In this document: positions 34,466-46,527 of the stretch, in pieces | Layout of the letters: the number at the start of each line of letters is the position of its first letter | Position numbering within the stretch: position 1 is the stretch's first letter | Assembly: GCA_963845755.1 (NCBI GenBank) | Contig: CAWJTV010000011.1 | Coordinates: 1,152,001 to 1,216,000, forward strand | DNA length: 64,000 nt | Source of the DNA: an uncultured Planctomycetota bacterium | GTDB taxonomy: Bacteria > Planctomycetota > Planctomycetia > Isosphaerales > Isosphaeraceae | Reading direction: 5' to 3' | The notes under the pieces: generated by a model | Seen by the model: only the letters and a program-made list of their open reading frames with translations | What the model was told of the DNA's origin: nothing | Databases searched by the model: none | Made by a program: the position numbers and the translations under genes

Positions 34466-37400
34466 TCACCGTGGCTGGGCGAATGGGTCGATCGGGAAGG
34501 CCACGTCGAGGAAGAGGGCCTGGAAGTCGGGGCGCGACCGGATCGGGTCGAGATCGGGGTCGCTCCTCATCCAGGCTGCATCGCGCCAGCCGGCGGCGAC
34601 GGCCCGGTGCAGGGTGGTTATCGCCTCGCTGGCCGTGGCCTGGCCGTCGGCGGCCGAGGGGCCGGAACCGGCTTCGGCGGCGACGCCGGACAGTAAGGAC
34701 TGATAGCACGCGATGTTGTAATAATCCCCCGGAGTCGGTTTCGTCAGCCCCTGATAGAGGGTGATCGCTTGGCGGAAGTCTGACGCCGCGTCGGCGGGCC
34801 GTCCACATTTCTGCATCGCGATCCCCCGGCGCCGGAATGTGGCGGCCATCTCGGACCGAAACGAGGGTGTTGACGGGTCGGCCTCAACCATTTTGCGGTG
34901 GATCGCGAGTGCCGCGTCGAAGGACGAAGAGGCCTCCGCGAGATGGCCCATCGCGGCGTAGGCGTCGCCGAGGTCAATGTCGGCCGCGACGAGATCCTGC
35001 CGGTATCCGTGGTTCTCTGGGTGGTAGGTGACCAAGCTCGCCGCGATTTCCTGCGTCCTCTTCGAGCGCCTCCAGCACCTGCGCCATTCGCCCGGCTCGC
35101 CGGTGGATGTCGGCGGTCTGGCGAAGGACCCGGATCAATTGCTCGCGGTTTCGCGTGACGGCAGGATTCTCCTTGATCAGGATCTCGCGGGCTTCCCGAG
35201 CTCGTCCGAGCGCCTCGAGGGCCTCCTCATGCCGCCCGAGCGCGACGAGGGCTTGGGCGCCTGTGGTAGCGACCCAGGCCGAAGCCGCGGGTAAGCGCAC
35301 GAGGGTTGGATTTGCGCTCGCCGTCGCCTTGAGAACCTCCTGCGCCCGGACGAAGGCAGCCAGCGCCTCGGTCACTTGACCGGTGTCGGAGAGGCGGATT
35401 CCCATGTTGCCGAGGTTCCTGGCCAGCTCATGGCCGATGTTCGGGTCCTCGGGATGCGCCCGGAACAGCGCCTCCCCCAGGTCGTGTGCCCGCTTGTATG
35501 CCGACAGCGCCTCCTCCCCGCGACCGGCTTCTTCCAGGGCCAGGGCCAGCGCGCCGTACAGGTCCACAAGTTCGGCCTGGTGATCCTCGGAACGAGGTTC
35601 GGCGCCCACCGTGCGCCTCCAGGATCGACCGCGCCCGCTCGACCGCTTCCAGCACGTCGGCTGCTGGACGATGACTGGAAGAGAGGGACATCCCATACAA
35701 CATCTCAGCACGGGCCCACTCGCTCCGGAGCCGGCGGTCGGCGGGATCGGCCTCGGACAGCGCCCGAAAGAGATCCCGCGATCGTCCGATCACCGCGAGT
35801 GCGTCATCGTGCCGCCCGACACCCGTCTGGATAATGGCGAGGGATCGCAGGCAAAGGGCGAGCATACGTTGCGACTCTGCGTCGGCCGGGTTCTCGCGAG
35901 ACAGAGCCTCGAACAGGGTCAGGCGCGCGCCGGAGGACCACCTGGGCCTCCTCGATCGAGTCGAGATTCCGCGTGAGCTCGCCGACCTCGAAATAAGCCC
36001 GGCCCAGGGCCTGGCGCGAGTCGCGATCCTCGTGCCCTTGCAAGAGCTCCTCGAGCTTGCGGTAGAACTCGCGCGCCTCGCGCAATAGCTTGGTCCGCAG
36101 CGCCTTGAACTCCTCCTGCTTCAGCAGGATGTCCTCGCTGACCCCCGTGTGGAACGTCCGGATCGCCTCCTGGGCGAGCGCGAAGCGGGCCCGCTCCCGC
36201 TCGTTGGAAGCCGCGAGATCGGCATTGGCCCGGGTCACTTTCGTGTTGGCGATCGCGAGGTCCATGTTGGCGCGCTTCAACTCGCGGTTGGCCCGGGTCT
36301 GGACGGCCAGGACGGCCGCCGTGCCGGCCAGGGCCACCAGGACCGAAATGGCCGCCGCCGTCACCCCGCTCCGGTGCCTTCGCGCCCATCGCCGCGCCCG
36401 CCGCGACAGCGGCTCTCGCCAGGACGAGACCGGCTCCTCGGCCATCCACCGCTCGACGTCCTCGGACAGTGCCTTGGGCGATGCGTAGCGGTCCACCGGC
36501 TTGCGGGACATCGCCTTCAGGCAGATCGACTCGAGCGCCGGATCGATCGTCGGATGGAGCTGCCGCGGCGGTCGGAACTCGCCCCGCTGAACCGCCCGGA
36601 TCACCTCGCCGAGATCCCCCTCGAATGGCGGCTTGCCCGTCAGGAGATAGTACAGCGTCGCCCCGAGGCTGTAGACGTCCGATCGTGCGCCGAGGTTCTC
36701 CAGGTCGCCTTCGGCCTGCTCCGGGCTCATGTAGGCCGGCGTTCCCAGGGCGCTGCCCTGTAAGGTCTCGGCGGTCCCGCTCGCGGAGGACGGGACCAAG
36801 GTCCGCTCGCCCGAGTCCGAACCCGGCTCGGCCCGTCCCAGGGCCTTCGCCAGCCCCCAGTCGACCACCAGCGTCTCGCCGTGCTTGCCCACGATGATGT
36901 TGCCCGGCTTGAGATCACGGTGGAGCACCCCACGGCTGTGCGCGTACTCGACGGCGTTGCAGACGTCGGTGAACCGCCGCAGGAGCTGGCGCAACTCCAG
37001 CATCCGCGACCCCGAACTCTGTTTGCCAGCGCCGGCGTGATAACGGTCGATGGCCTCCTTGAGGCTGTCGCCGCGAATGAACCGCATGGCGTAGTACGGG
37101 CGACCGTCGCCGTAGGTCCCCAGGCCGTAGACCGGGACGATGCCCGGGTGCTCCAGGCCGCCGGTGATCTCGGCTTCCAGGAGGAAGCTGCGCGCGACTG
37201 GTCGGATCGTCGGCATGCTTCTCCTGGATCTGCTTCAATGCCACCTCGCGATGCAACTCCTCGTCCAGGGCCACGAAGACGGCGCCCAGGCCACCTTTGG
37301 CGTAGGGGCGAAGCACGCGGAATCGCTGGCCTTCGGACGTCGCGGCGCCGATGGCATAGCTGGCGGTGCGGTCGGCCTCGCCGTCGGCCGGGCTCGCCGT

Positions 37401-37733
37401 CGGTCCCGAGCCGAGATGGGCCAGGGTGCACTCGATGTCGTGGTCGCCGATCTGGGCCAGGCTCTCGCGGGTCGAGCGGCCGGCTTGGATGGCGGCCAGG
37501 CTCTTCTCAGTCGAGCCGCCGTTCTTCTTGATATGCCGCTCGACAAGGGCCTCGACGGCGGCTCGGTCCTCGGCGTCGAGGTCGCCGCGGGCGGCGAGGT
37601 GGTCCGCCATGGCGCGCGACTTATCGCGAGTCCAGGCGCGGAAGGCGGTGATGAGTCCGTCCTGATCGATCAAACCGTTCTGGAGCGCGAGGAGTCCGAA
37701 AAGGAGGTCGCGGTCGACGGCAATCGGGTCCAT
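34466..37733 (-). CDS. Ser/Thr kinase with TM helix and TPR array (multiple frameshifts)
   Basis: DRDLLFGLLALQNGLI, AKGGLGAVF, LEHPGIVPVY, HRDLKPGN, DWGLAK, SPEQ; C-terminal YNIAC...DPDLDPIRSRPDF...FPIDPFA. Confidence 0.9.
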
Positions 37734-38056
37734 GAGTGGGAAACTCTCGTCGTTTTCCGAGATCGACCCGCACCTTCAAGCGATGGCCCCGATCGGCGAT
37801 CGCCCGCGGTCGATCCGTCGTTCAGGGGATTCAGACAGAATATCGCGGGACCAGATGATCCTTCCATAGGACATCGCGCGAGGTTCGCACCGGTCCGGCC
37901 CGTGCGCAACCCAAACGTGAATCGCTCTTATTCGTGTGGTCGGCTCACTCGTGGTGACGACTCGCCATCCATGTTTGGTCCTGGCTTGCCGGTCTCCCCG
38001 GCCGGGTATTAAGATAGTAGGCGAAACGCGATGACAATCATGAAGGTCTCAGAGTC

Positions 38057-38134
38057 CCTGAGAACAAGGGGACATCCGTGAGAAAAAGGGGACCGGCACC
38101 TCGAACGCTCGGAGCCCGTCCCCTTTTTCTCAGG
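38057..38134. repeat. REP-like hairpin element
   Basis: TGAGAAAAAGGGGAC (38079-38093) pairs with GTCCCCTTTTTCTCA (38118-38132); an extra arm copy lies at 38057. Confidence 0.8.
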
Positions 38135-38247
38135 CACCCTTACCCCTGAGATTCGATTATCCGCCTCAGGAGGCGTCAGTGTGTCCACAATGTCGTGGGG
38201 GACGGCACATCCGGGGAGTTATCGCGGTCTTATCCCAAGGAGCTGGC

Positions 38248-40261
38248 ATGTTCAGTCCGAACGTCCGATACCGATTTGTCGCGGCCGTGCTGGCCGTCGC
38301 GTGGGTGGCGGTCTTGGCCGTTTCGTCGCAACGTGAGGCGCTGGCGGGCCCCACGGATAAACGGTCCGACTTACCGCTCGATCGGGGAGTCAATCAGCGG
38401 GTCGCGGATTTCACCCTCAAGGACGCGGTCACCGATCGGCCGACCTCGCTGTACAGTTTCGTGGGCAAGAAGGCGGTCGTGCTCGTCTTCCTCGGGACCG
38501 ACTGCCCGGTGGGCAACCTCTACATTCCCCGGCTGATCGAGCTCAATCGCGCCTATCGCGGCAAGGGCGTCATCTTCCTCGGCATCAACTCCAATGCGCA
38601 CGAGACGAAGGAGGACATGGCCAAGGTGGTGCGCGAGACCGGCATCGACTTCCCCGTCCTGAAAGACCTCCAGAACAAGGTCAGCGACTCGCTCATGGTC
38701 GAGCGGACCTGCGAGGCCCTCGTGCTCGACGGATTTACGTTCGTCCGCTACCGCGGGGCGATCGACGATCAATATGGTGAGGCAGGTAAGGCCAAGAGCA
38801 GCCCGGAGAAGTCCTATCTACGCGACTGCGCTGGAAGCGGTGCTGGCCGGTAAGCCGGTGAAGGAGAGGGCCACTCCGGTGGTCGGCTGCCTGCTGGACC
38901 GGGTCGAGCCCAAGCCGATCGCCTCGTCGACGGCGTCGCGGATCCGGGCGCCGGGCGCGGCGTTCAACGCCGCAGTGGAGGCGCGGAATCGCGAGCAGCC
39001 GGTCAAGGTCGGGGCGGTCACGTACGCCAAGGACGTCTCGCGCATCATCCAGAACAGGTGTGAGGGTTGTCACCGGCCCCACGAGGTCGGGCCGTTCTCG
39101 CTCCTCACCTACGACGACGTGCGCAAGCATTCGGCGATGATCCGCGAGGTGGTCGACGAACGGCGCATGCCGCCCTGGCACGCCGACCCGCGCTACGGGC
39201 ATTTCCGCAACGATCGCAGCCTCTCGGCCCAGGAGCGGGCGACCCTGCTGGCCTGGGTCGATCAGGGGACTCCGCTGGGCGATCTCAAGGACATGCCGCC
39301 GGCCCTGGCGCATGCCGAAGGCTGGTCGATCGGCCAGCCGGACGTCGTCTTCGAGATGCCCGAGACGTATTACGTCCCGGCCCAGGGGACGGTAGCCTAC
39401 GTCCACTTCCTCATCCCGACCAATTTCAAGGAGGATCGCTGGGTCCAGGCGGCCGAGGCCGTTCCCGGCGACCCGTCGGTCGTCCATCACATCGTCGCCT
39501 TCCTCCGCGATCCCGCGAAGGCGAAAGGCCCCCGGCGCGGGCCCGGAGAACACTTCTGCGGCTATGCCCCCGGCGACCTGCCGACCGTCCTCCCCGAGGG
39601 CACGGCCAAGAAGATCCCCGCCGGCGCGGAGTTCATCCTCCAGGTCCACTATACGCCCAATGGCCGCGTGCGGACCGACCGCTCCAAGATCGGCTTGGTC
39701 TTCGCCAAGACCCCGCCGACCCGGCAGGCCTACACCATCGGGATCGCCAACCCCGACCTGATGATCCCGCCCGACCGGGAGATCGCCGTCTCCTCCGCGA
39801 TCGTCCTGCCCCGGGAGATGCGGCTGGTGAGCTTCATGCCCCACATGCATCTCCGCGGCAAGGACTTCCTGTACACGGTCACCAAGCCCGGCGAGTCGCC
39901 GCAGACGGTCCTCTCGGTGCCCGCCTATGACTTCGGCTGGCAGACCTATTACATTCTCGACGAGCCGATGGTCCTGCCCAAGGACACGCGCATCGACTGC
40001 CTGGCCCACTTCGACAACACGACGGGCAACCCGTACAACCCCGACCCGAAGAAGCTCGTCAAGTGGGGCGAGCAGACCTGGGAGGAAATGATGATCGGAT
40101 ACGTCGACCTCGACGTACCGGTGGGCTCGCCGCCGATCGAGGGCTCGGACCTGCGCCCGGCGGCGGTCCGGGCCACCCAGACCGCGATCCAGGCGGTTCG
40201 TCGCCTGGGCGGCAGCCGAGGCACCGGCCCGAACGCCCCGAAGCCACCCGCTAACCGCTGA
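38248..40261 (+). CDS. redoxin (AhpC/TSA-like) + CxxCH + copper type II monooxygenase-like multidomain protein (frameshift near 38820)
   Basis: FLGTDCPV, RYRGAIDDQ, CEGCH, RMPPWHAD, VVHH, LQVHY, PHMHLRGK, YDFGWQ, WGEQTWEEMM. Confidence 0.88.
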
Positions 40262-40286
40262 CGCTGAACGATTAGGGAGCCCGGCC

Positions 40287-41488
40287 ATGAATCGCACGGC
40301 GCGGATCGTGTCGTTATCGGTTGCGATGGTGCTGGTCGCGATGGCCGGGCCCGGCAAGGGACGCGGGTCTTCCGACCCTGAACCGGCTGGTCAGGCGGAC
40401 GATGCTCAGGGCCGCGACATCCCCGCGGCCCTGGCGCCGTTCGAATACCTGGTGGGCCGCTGGAAGGGGCAGGGGGTGCCCCTGGACAACCCGGCCCAGC
40501 GGTTCCGCGGCTGGACCGAGCAGCACGCCTGGGCCTGGACCTTCACCAAGGGGAAGCCGACCGGCCTGTCGCTCGCGATCGAGGGGGGAAAGGTCCTCGC
40601 TGCCGGCAAGCTGACCTACGATGCGGATCGGAAGCACTACCGCCTCGAAGGGAGCGGGCCGAACCCTGGCGCCGCCCGATCGCCTTCGAAGGGGCGCTCT
40701 ACCGCTCGGGCAAGACGCTGGTCCTCGACGAACTCGGGCACGCCGCCGGCGCGGGGCCAAACCATGGCTCGTTGCGCCTGTCGCTACGACCCAACGCCAA
40801 CTTCATCCGATACACGATGTCGCTGGATCGAAAAGAGCCCGGCGCCGCCCAGTTCAGCCACGCGATCGAGGTGGGACTGACCAAGGAGGGGGAATCGTTC
40901 GCCGCGGGATCCACCAGCGGTGCCGATCGCCCCAAGTGCATCGTGACCGGCGGGGCGGCCACCATGACCTTGACCTATCAGGGCCGCACATTCCCCATCT
41001 GCTGCACCGGCTGCCGCGACGAGTTCAACGAAAGCCCCGAGAAATACCTCAAGAAGGCCGCCCTGATGGCCGCGTCTCCGGGCGCGAAGTCCAAGACCGG
41101 TCAGCCGGCGTCCTCGCGAGTCAGCCGGTTCGAGGACGCCTTCGCCGGCGATGTCGTCGATGAGCCCGCGATGAAGACGAAACGCCCCACAACCGGCGGA
41201 GCCGCCAAGACCAAGTCCGCCAAGGCCGACCCGGATTCCGATTCGGATCCTGACGAAGCGAAGCCCCCGGGCCCGGGCAAGTCCGCATCGGCGAAAGGCA
41301 CGGAGAAATCGGCCACATCCAAACCATTCGCCCGCGCGGCCAGCTTGCTCCGGATCGGTCAGAACCTCGAAAAGTCCGGCAAGCCCGACGCCGCGCTCTC
41401 CACCTACAAGCGGATCGTCAAGGACTTCGCGGACACTCCGGCCGCCAAGACCGCCAAGCAGCGGATCAAGGCACTGGAGAAGTCGTGA
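40287..41488 (+). CDS. secreted YHS-like domain protein (frameshift near 40670)
   Basis: Signal-like N-terminus; CIVTGG...YQGRTFPICCTGCRDEFNESPEKY; C-terminal TPR-like helix pair. Confidence 0.8.
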
Positions 41489-41514
41489 CAACCTCCGCGT
41501 CTTCGCGTGAATGA

Positions 41515-42819
41515 ATGAGCCTCACCCGTGACGCGATCATGTGCCAGCGATCTTTGATGCCGTTTCACCTCAAGTCTCAGCCGCTCTGGGCGATCCTCGT
41601 CCTGGCGTTGTTGCTGAGGGCGGCGGTGATCGTTCGCGGCCCCGAGCGGTTCGACGACCCGGACAATTACCTGCCGATGGCGCGGGCGCTGGCGGCGGGG
41701 GAGGGATTCGCGCTGCGGGGACGCCCGACGGCCTATCGTCCGCCGCTGTATCCCTTGATGCTGGCGCCCTTGACCGCCGCGAGCGATGCGTGGGTTCCCT
41801 GGGGGATCGCCCTGTTGCATCTCGGGCTGGGGGCCGGGGCGGTCGGGTTGACGGCGGTCGCGGCCGAACGGTTCGGCCTGTCGCGGGCGCGGGCGATGGT
41901 CGCCGCGCTCGTCGTCGCATGCGACCCGGTGCTGATCGTCCAGTGCCGTTCGGTGATGACGGAGACGCCGGCCGCGTTCCTGGTCGCCGCGACCCTGGCG
42001 GGGCTGGCGTACGGGGGACTGCGGGGCTCCGTGCTGGGCGGTCTCGGTTTCGGCCTGGCTGCGCTTTGCCGGCCTAGCCTGCTCGCCGGTGCCGCGCTGA
42101 CGGTCCTGGCCGGCCTGGCCGCGACGCCGGGTGATCTGAGGCAGCGCCTGTCGCGGAGCAGTGCACTTGCCCTGATCGTCGGCCTGGTCCTCCTGCCCTG
42201 GATGATCCGGAACCTCGCGGTCTTTGGCGAGCCGATCTGGACGACGACTCATGGCGGCTACACCCTGGCGCTGGCAAACAATCCCGTGTACTACCGGGAT
42301 GTCCTCAATGGCGAGCCCGGCCGGGTCTGGACCGGGCACGACCAATGGCTCTGGTGGGATTCGGTCAACCGCGAGATTCACGGTATGAGCGAGCTCCAGG
42401 CCGATCGCTACTTGAAGGCGCAGGTCTGGCAGTTAGTGCAAGAACGTCCGGGCGATTTCGGCCAGGCCACGCTGGCCCGCCTCGGCCACTTCTGGAGCGT
42501 GGCGCCGGCCGCTTCGGTCTATTCGTCGACGATCCGATGGGCCACGATCGCCTGGACCTTGCCGCTGTGGATCGCGCTGGGATTGGGCCTGTTGCGGAGG
42601 TCCCTCTGGCATTGGCCACGGCTCGCGGCGCCGATGATCGTGATCGGCCTGACGCTCGTCCACGCCTTCTTCTGGACCGACCTGCGAATGCGGGCCCCGA
42701 TCGTCCCGGCCATCGCCCTGATCGCCGCGGGGGCGGCTCTTCCCCGGGTCGCAGTCGCCCGCATGCGCACTGAACCCGAACTCGCGAGCGGCCGCCCGAG
42801 CGCATCAGACCACGGTTGA
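41515..42819 (+). CDS. ArnT/PMT-like (GT-C fold) membrane glycosyltransferase
   Basis: DDPDNY..MARALA.GEGF, TAYRPPLYP, MTETP, LCRP, PWMIRN; multiple TM helices. Confidence 0.85.
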   Translation: MSLTRDAIMCQRSLMPFHLKSQPLWAILVLALLLRAAVIVRGPERFDDPDNYLPMARALAAGEGFALRGRPTAYRPPLYPLMLAPLTAASDAWVPWGIALLHLGLGAGAVGLTAVAAERFGLSRARAMVAALVVACDPVLIVQCRSVMTETPAAFLVAATLAGLAYGGLRGSVLGGLGFGLAALCRPSLLAGAALTVLAGLAATPGDLRQRLSRSSALALIVGLVLLPWMIRNLAVFGEPIWTTTHGGYTLALANNPVYYRDVLNGEPGRVWTGHDQWLWWDSVNREIHGMSELQADRYLKAQVWQLVQERPGDFGQATLARLGHFWSVAPAASVYSSTIRWATIAWTLPLWIALGLGLLRRSLWHWPRLAAPMIVIGLTLVHAFFWTDLRMRAPIVPAIALIAAGAALPRVAVARMRTEPELASGRPSASDHG

Positions 42820-44013
42820 AGGCTGGCCGATCGGAGGCTGGGCCGGCAGCGGAGCCGGCGGATTGTGATCGCCCCCGCGCGAGAAGACGATCCACCGCGA
42901 CATCGAGAAGCTGATCCCCGTCGCGACGACGATGCCGACCACGGCCGCGGCCAGCTTGTGCCGGGCGAAGAACCCGATCTGCATCGGCAGGGACAGGCGG
43001 AGTGTAAAGCTCACGACGATCGCCAGTGCGTTACTCAGGGCATAGGTCAAGAACTGGCGGGACCAGGACCCGCGCCGGGCGTCGTTGAAGGTCAGGCGCC
43101 GATTCAGGCTGAAGTTCCACAGCAGGGCGATCGCGATCGAGAGAGCCGCGGAGATCGCCAGGTGCCAGGAAAACCCGAAGAGCTTCGAGGTCTGGGACAC
43201 CAGCCAGGTCCGGGACAGTAGCCACTGGAACAGGGCATAGAACGACAGGTCGACCACCATGCCCGAGGCGCCCACGGCGCAGAACTGGATGAGCCGGGAG
43301 TAATTCCCATAGCGCCCGTCGAGCACGTGCTTCAGGGGACGCAAGTCGCGGACCACCAGGCGTTGCGATCGGAACCGAGCATCCACGAGAACGGGCACGT
43401 CAACCGGGTTGGCGGGCCGTCGCAGGAGCAGTTCCAGGACCAGGCTGGAGCCGCTGGCCGATAGGGTTCGGCCTCCCTGCTCCCAGAACGAGCGCCGGAC
43501 CGCGAACAGTCCCGAAAAGACATCGGAGGAACCCAGCACCAGCCGGCTGAGCCACCCCAACCCCAACCGTGGTCGCCACCGGCGCGACACGCCCGACCGA
43601 TTCGACGTGGGCACGGCAACCGCCAGGTCCGATCCGCTTGTCCGGATCGGGCCGAGCACCCGGAGCAGGGATTCCGGCGCGTAATGGCGCTCGACATCGA
43701 GGACGATCAGATGTTCACCCGTCGCCGAGGCCAGGCCCGCCCGCGCGGAGGCACTCCAGTCGTCCCCGTCGGTCTCGACGTGCGTGGAACTGGCCCCCGT
43801 CGGCCCGCCGATCGGGAGTCCATCCGTCCCCGCGTCCTCGTCGCCCGCGCCCACGGTGATGACCTCGATCGACTCGAAGGACAGGTTCTGTTCCAGGATG
43901 CGCCGATACTCGGCGACGGCCTGCTCGCTGAGGGCCCGTCCCCGATTTAACGGCAGGATGAGACTGAGTCTCCCTGCGGAGGCTGGGGATACGGGACACT
44001 CGCTGATCCGCAT
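42805..44013 (-). CDS. degenerate GT2 (Dpm1-like) domain fused to a GtrA-like domain
   Basis: LSLILP, AGLASATGEHLIVLD, SDVFSGLFAVRR; RLIQFCAVGASGMVVDL, WNFSLNRRLTF, SRWIVF. Confidence 0.8.
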   Translation of the reverse strand: MRISECPVSPASAGRLSLILPLNRGRALSEQAVAEYRRILEQNLSFESIEVITVGAGDEDAGTDGLPIGGPTGASSTHVETDGDDWSASARAGLASATGEHLIVLDVERHYAPESLLRVLGPIRTSGSDLAVAVPTSNRSGVSRRWRPRLGLGWLSRLVLGSSDVFSGLFAVRRSFWEQGGRTLSASGSSLVLELLLRRPANPVDVPVLVDARFRSQRLVVRDLRPLKHVLDGRYGNYSRLIQFCAVGASGMVVDLSFYALFQWLLSRTWLVSQTSKLFGFSWHLAISAALSIAIALLWNFSLNRRLTFNDARRGSWSRQFLTYALSNALAIVVSFTLRLSLPMQIGFFARHKLAAAVVGIVVATGISFSMSRWIVFSRGGDHNPPAPLPAQPPIGQPSTVV

Positions 44014-44474
44014 CGGGGACGAATCTCCTTCGACACGCGGACGGGTTGATTGAGGGTCGTGGCTGAGGGCAGGTCGGAAATCCGATCCTGGAAAGGGATT
44101 CCGGCGACCTTCCAGTCTCGGTGATCTCGAGCCGGCGACCGGGATCGGCGGTCGAAACCGACGGGGATGCCAACCGACCCCGTTTCCCAAGGATTGGACC
44201 ACGCGCACCGGCTCCGGCATGGGGCCAGGAGGGCATTGGGCCGGCGTGACCAATCGCTTCATGAGTATGTTAGTTCAAACCGTCCCGCGTCGCAAGCCAG
44301 GCTGGGTGCGTCCGTCGAAACCAAGCCAGGCGGGACCATCGTCCGGCCCGGGCCGCCCGGAACGCCCGATTGTCAAGGAATGGGACCGGATTGTATCGTG
44401 AGCTAGACTATTTGGTGAAAGCGTCGCGTGAGACCGGGAATCCGATCCAGCCCGAGACGTCAGGAGTGCCAACG

Positions 44475-45407
44475 TTGAGAACAGTTATCACCGGAGGAGC
44501 GGGATTCATCGGGTCGCACCTGTGCGAGCGGTTCCTCGGCGACGGACACGAGGTGATCTGCGTCGATAACCTGCTGACCGGCAACCCCCGCAATATCGAG
44601 CATCTCCGGGACCAGCCACGGTTCCGGTTCGTCGAACATAATGTCTCCGAGCCGATCGAACTCGATGGCTCGGTGGATCATGTCTTGCATTTCGCCAGCC
44701 CGGCCAGCCCCGTCGATTACCTGACGCATCCGATTCCCACGCTCAAGGTCGGGTCGCTCGGCACCCACAATGCCCTGGGCCTGGCCAAGGCCAAGGACGC
44801 CCGGTTCCTGCTCGCCAGCACGTCGGAGGTCTACGGGGATCCCGAGGTCCACCCCCAGCGCGAGGATTACTGGGGCCACGTCAACCCGATCGGTCCCCGG
44901 GGCTGCTACGACGAGGCCAAGCGGTTCGCCGAGGCGATCACGATGGCCTATCATCGCTACCATGGAGTGAAGACGCGAATCGTCCGCATCTTCAACACGT
45001 ACGGCCCGCGCATGCGGCTCAACGACGGCCGCGTGCTCCCCAACTTCATGGGACAGGCCCTCCGCGGCGAGCCGATCACCGTCTACGGCCACGGCGAACA
45101 GACCCGCAGCTTCTGCTACGTCTCCGACCTGGTCGAGGGGATCGTCCGGCTTTTGAACACCGACTTCTCGGAGCCGGTCAACCTGGGCAACCCCGCCGAG
45201 ATCACCGTCTTGCAGCTCGCCCAGGAGATCATCGCCCTGGTCGAGGGGACCAAGAGCACGATCATCTACGAGGACCTGCCCCAGGACGACCCGAAACGGC
45301 GAAAGCCCGACATCACCCGCGCCCAGAAGCTCCTGGGCTGGCAGCCGACCGTCGATCGCTCCGACGGCCTGAAACGCTCCCTGGAATACTTCCGGGGGAT
45401 CGTCTGA
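44475..45407 (+). CDS. UDP-glucuronate decarboxylase-family SDR
   Basis: AGGAG + TTG start; [51 protein letters not shown]. Confidence 0.93.
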   Translation: MRTVITGGAGFIGSHLCERFLGDGHEVICVDNLLTGNPRNIEHLRDQPRFRFVEHNVSEPIELDGSVDHVLHFASPASPVDYLTHPIPTLKVGSLGTHNALGLAKAKDARFLLASTSEVYGDPEVHPQREDYWGHVNPIGPRGCYDEAKRFAEAITMAYHRYHGVKTRIVRIFNTYGPRMRLNDGRVLPNFMGQALRGEPITVYGHGEQTRSFCYVSDLVEGIVRLLNTDFSEPVNLGNPAEITVLQLAQEIIALVEGTKSTIIYEDLPQDDPKRRKPDITRAQKLLGWQPTVDRSDGLKRSLEYFRGIV

Positions 45408-45718
45408 TCCATGGGGGCGGCCCGTTCGACGCGCGTCCGGTCTCCTTCGAGTTCGACCCCCGGGTCGGGAGGATGGTACAATCAGGCCAGGCCGCGCGGC
45501 TGGCACGTGACGAATGAGCTCGGGAGGATCGATCATGAAGGGCATCGAGCTCGACTCATCGACATCATTGCCGTCCGTCATCGCAAGGAAGCGTATGACG
45601 AAGTCGGCGCCAAACCATAACTTCCGCATTCGCGAGCGCGGCATGGCCTGGAGGCTTCGCCACGCGGGCTCGACCCCCGCCATTCACCGGCCGCCCATCG
45701 ATCAGTAGCCGCGCCGGA

Positions 45719-46429
45719 TCAGTGAACGAAGTTCATGACCTGGCTGTCGAAATAAATCGCGAAGTTGCCCGGTCCGGCCTGGTTGCTGAGGGTCTTCGCG
45801 TCGTTCGACAGGGCCGCGTGCAGCCTCGGCGTGAGGCCGATAGCCTGGGCGATCGCGCGCATTTGATCGATCGTGTCCTGGGCGAGCTGCTTCCCATCCG
45901 GCACCTGGGCGACGGACCGATCCAGCATGGGCTGAATGTTCTTCACGATGCTTGGGTCGTGGTTGGGGTTGAACGGCCGTGGCTGTCCGTTGCTCGGGTA
46001 CACGAACAGGTACAGGCGTTCGGTGGCGACGTGAGCGGGGAGGGCCTGGAAGGCGTTATCGAGAAAGCTGCGGAACATGCCCAATTCATTCGCCGCGACG
46101 CTCGGGCTGAGCCCGGGCGGTATGGCCGCCTGGTCGATGGCTGCCTCGTCCTGGGCGAGCGCGTTGACCTGGGCCTGGGTGACGTGCGAGCGGCTCTCGG
46201 CCTCGGCCAGGTCGCTCTGGAACTTCGCGAATCCCTTGGGATCGGCGGCCTCGAGCGCCGCCGCGGCGTTGGCCGCCACGCTGGCCGACGGCATCGGCAG
46301 CGCGGCCACGGTCGAGAGGAGCTGCCGGTCGTCGAGCGGCTCGCAGACGGGCTTCAGACGATTGACGCCCCGTCTCGCGCAGGGACGTCGCCGGCAGACA
46401 TCTCCGTTGATTATCGTATGCGTCGTCAT
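45719..46429 (-). CDS. LEPR-XLL-type exported hypothetical protein, paralog family A copy 1
   Basis: GGAGG RBS; basic N-terminus then CEPLDDRQLLS; FAKFQSDLAEAESRSHVTQAQVNALAQDE. Confidence 0.8.
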   Translation of the reverse strand: MTTHTIINGDVCRRRPCARRGVNRLKPVCEPLDDRQLLSTVAALPMPSASVAANAAAALEAADPKGFAKFQSDLAEAESRSHVTQAQVNALAQDEAAIDQAAIPPGLSPSVAANELGMFRSFLDNAFQALPAHVATERLYLFVYPSNGQPRPFNPNHDPSIVKNIQPMLDRSVAQVPDGKQLAQDTIDQMRAIAQAIGLTPRLHAALSNDAKTLSNQAGPGNFAIYFDSQVMNFVH

Positions 46430-46527
46430 CTCACCTCCCTGGGCTAGAGGGTCCGGCAATTATCTGCCGGACGGAATTGCGAGGATCAACGTCCCCGCGG
46501 CGATCGCATCTCCATCAGATCGTCAGG

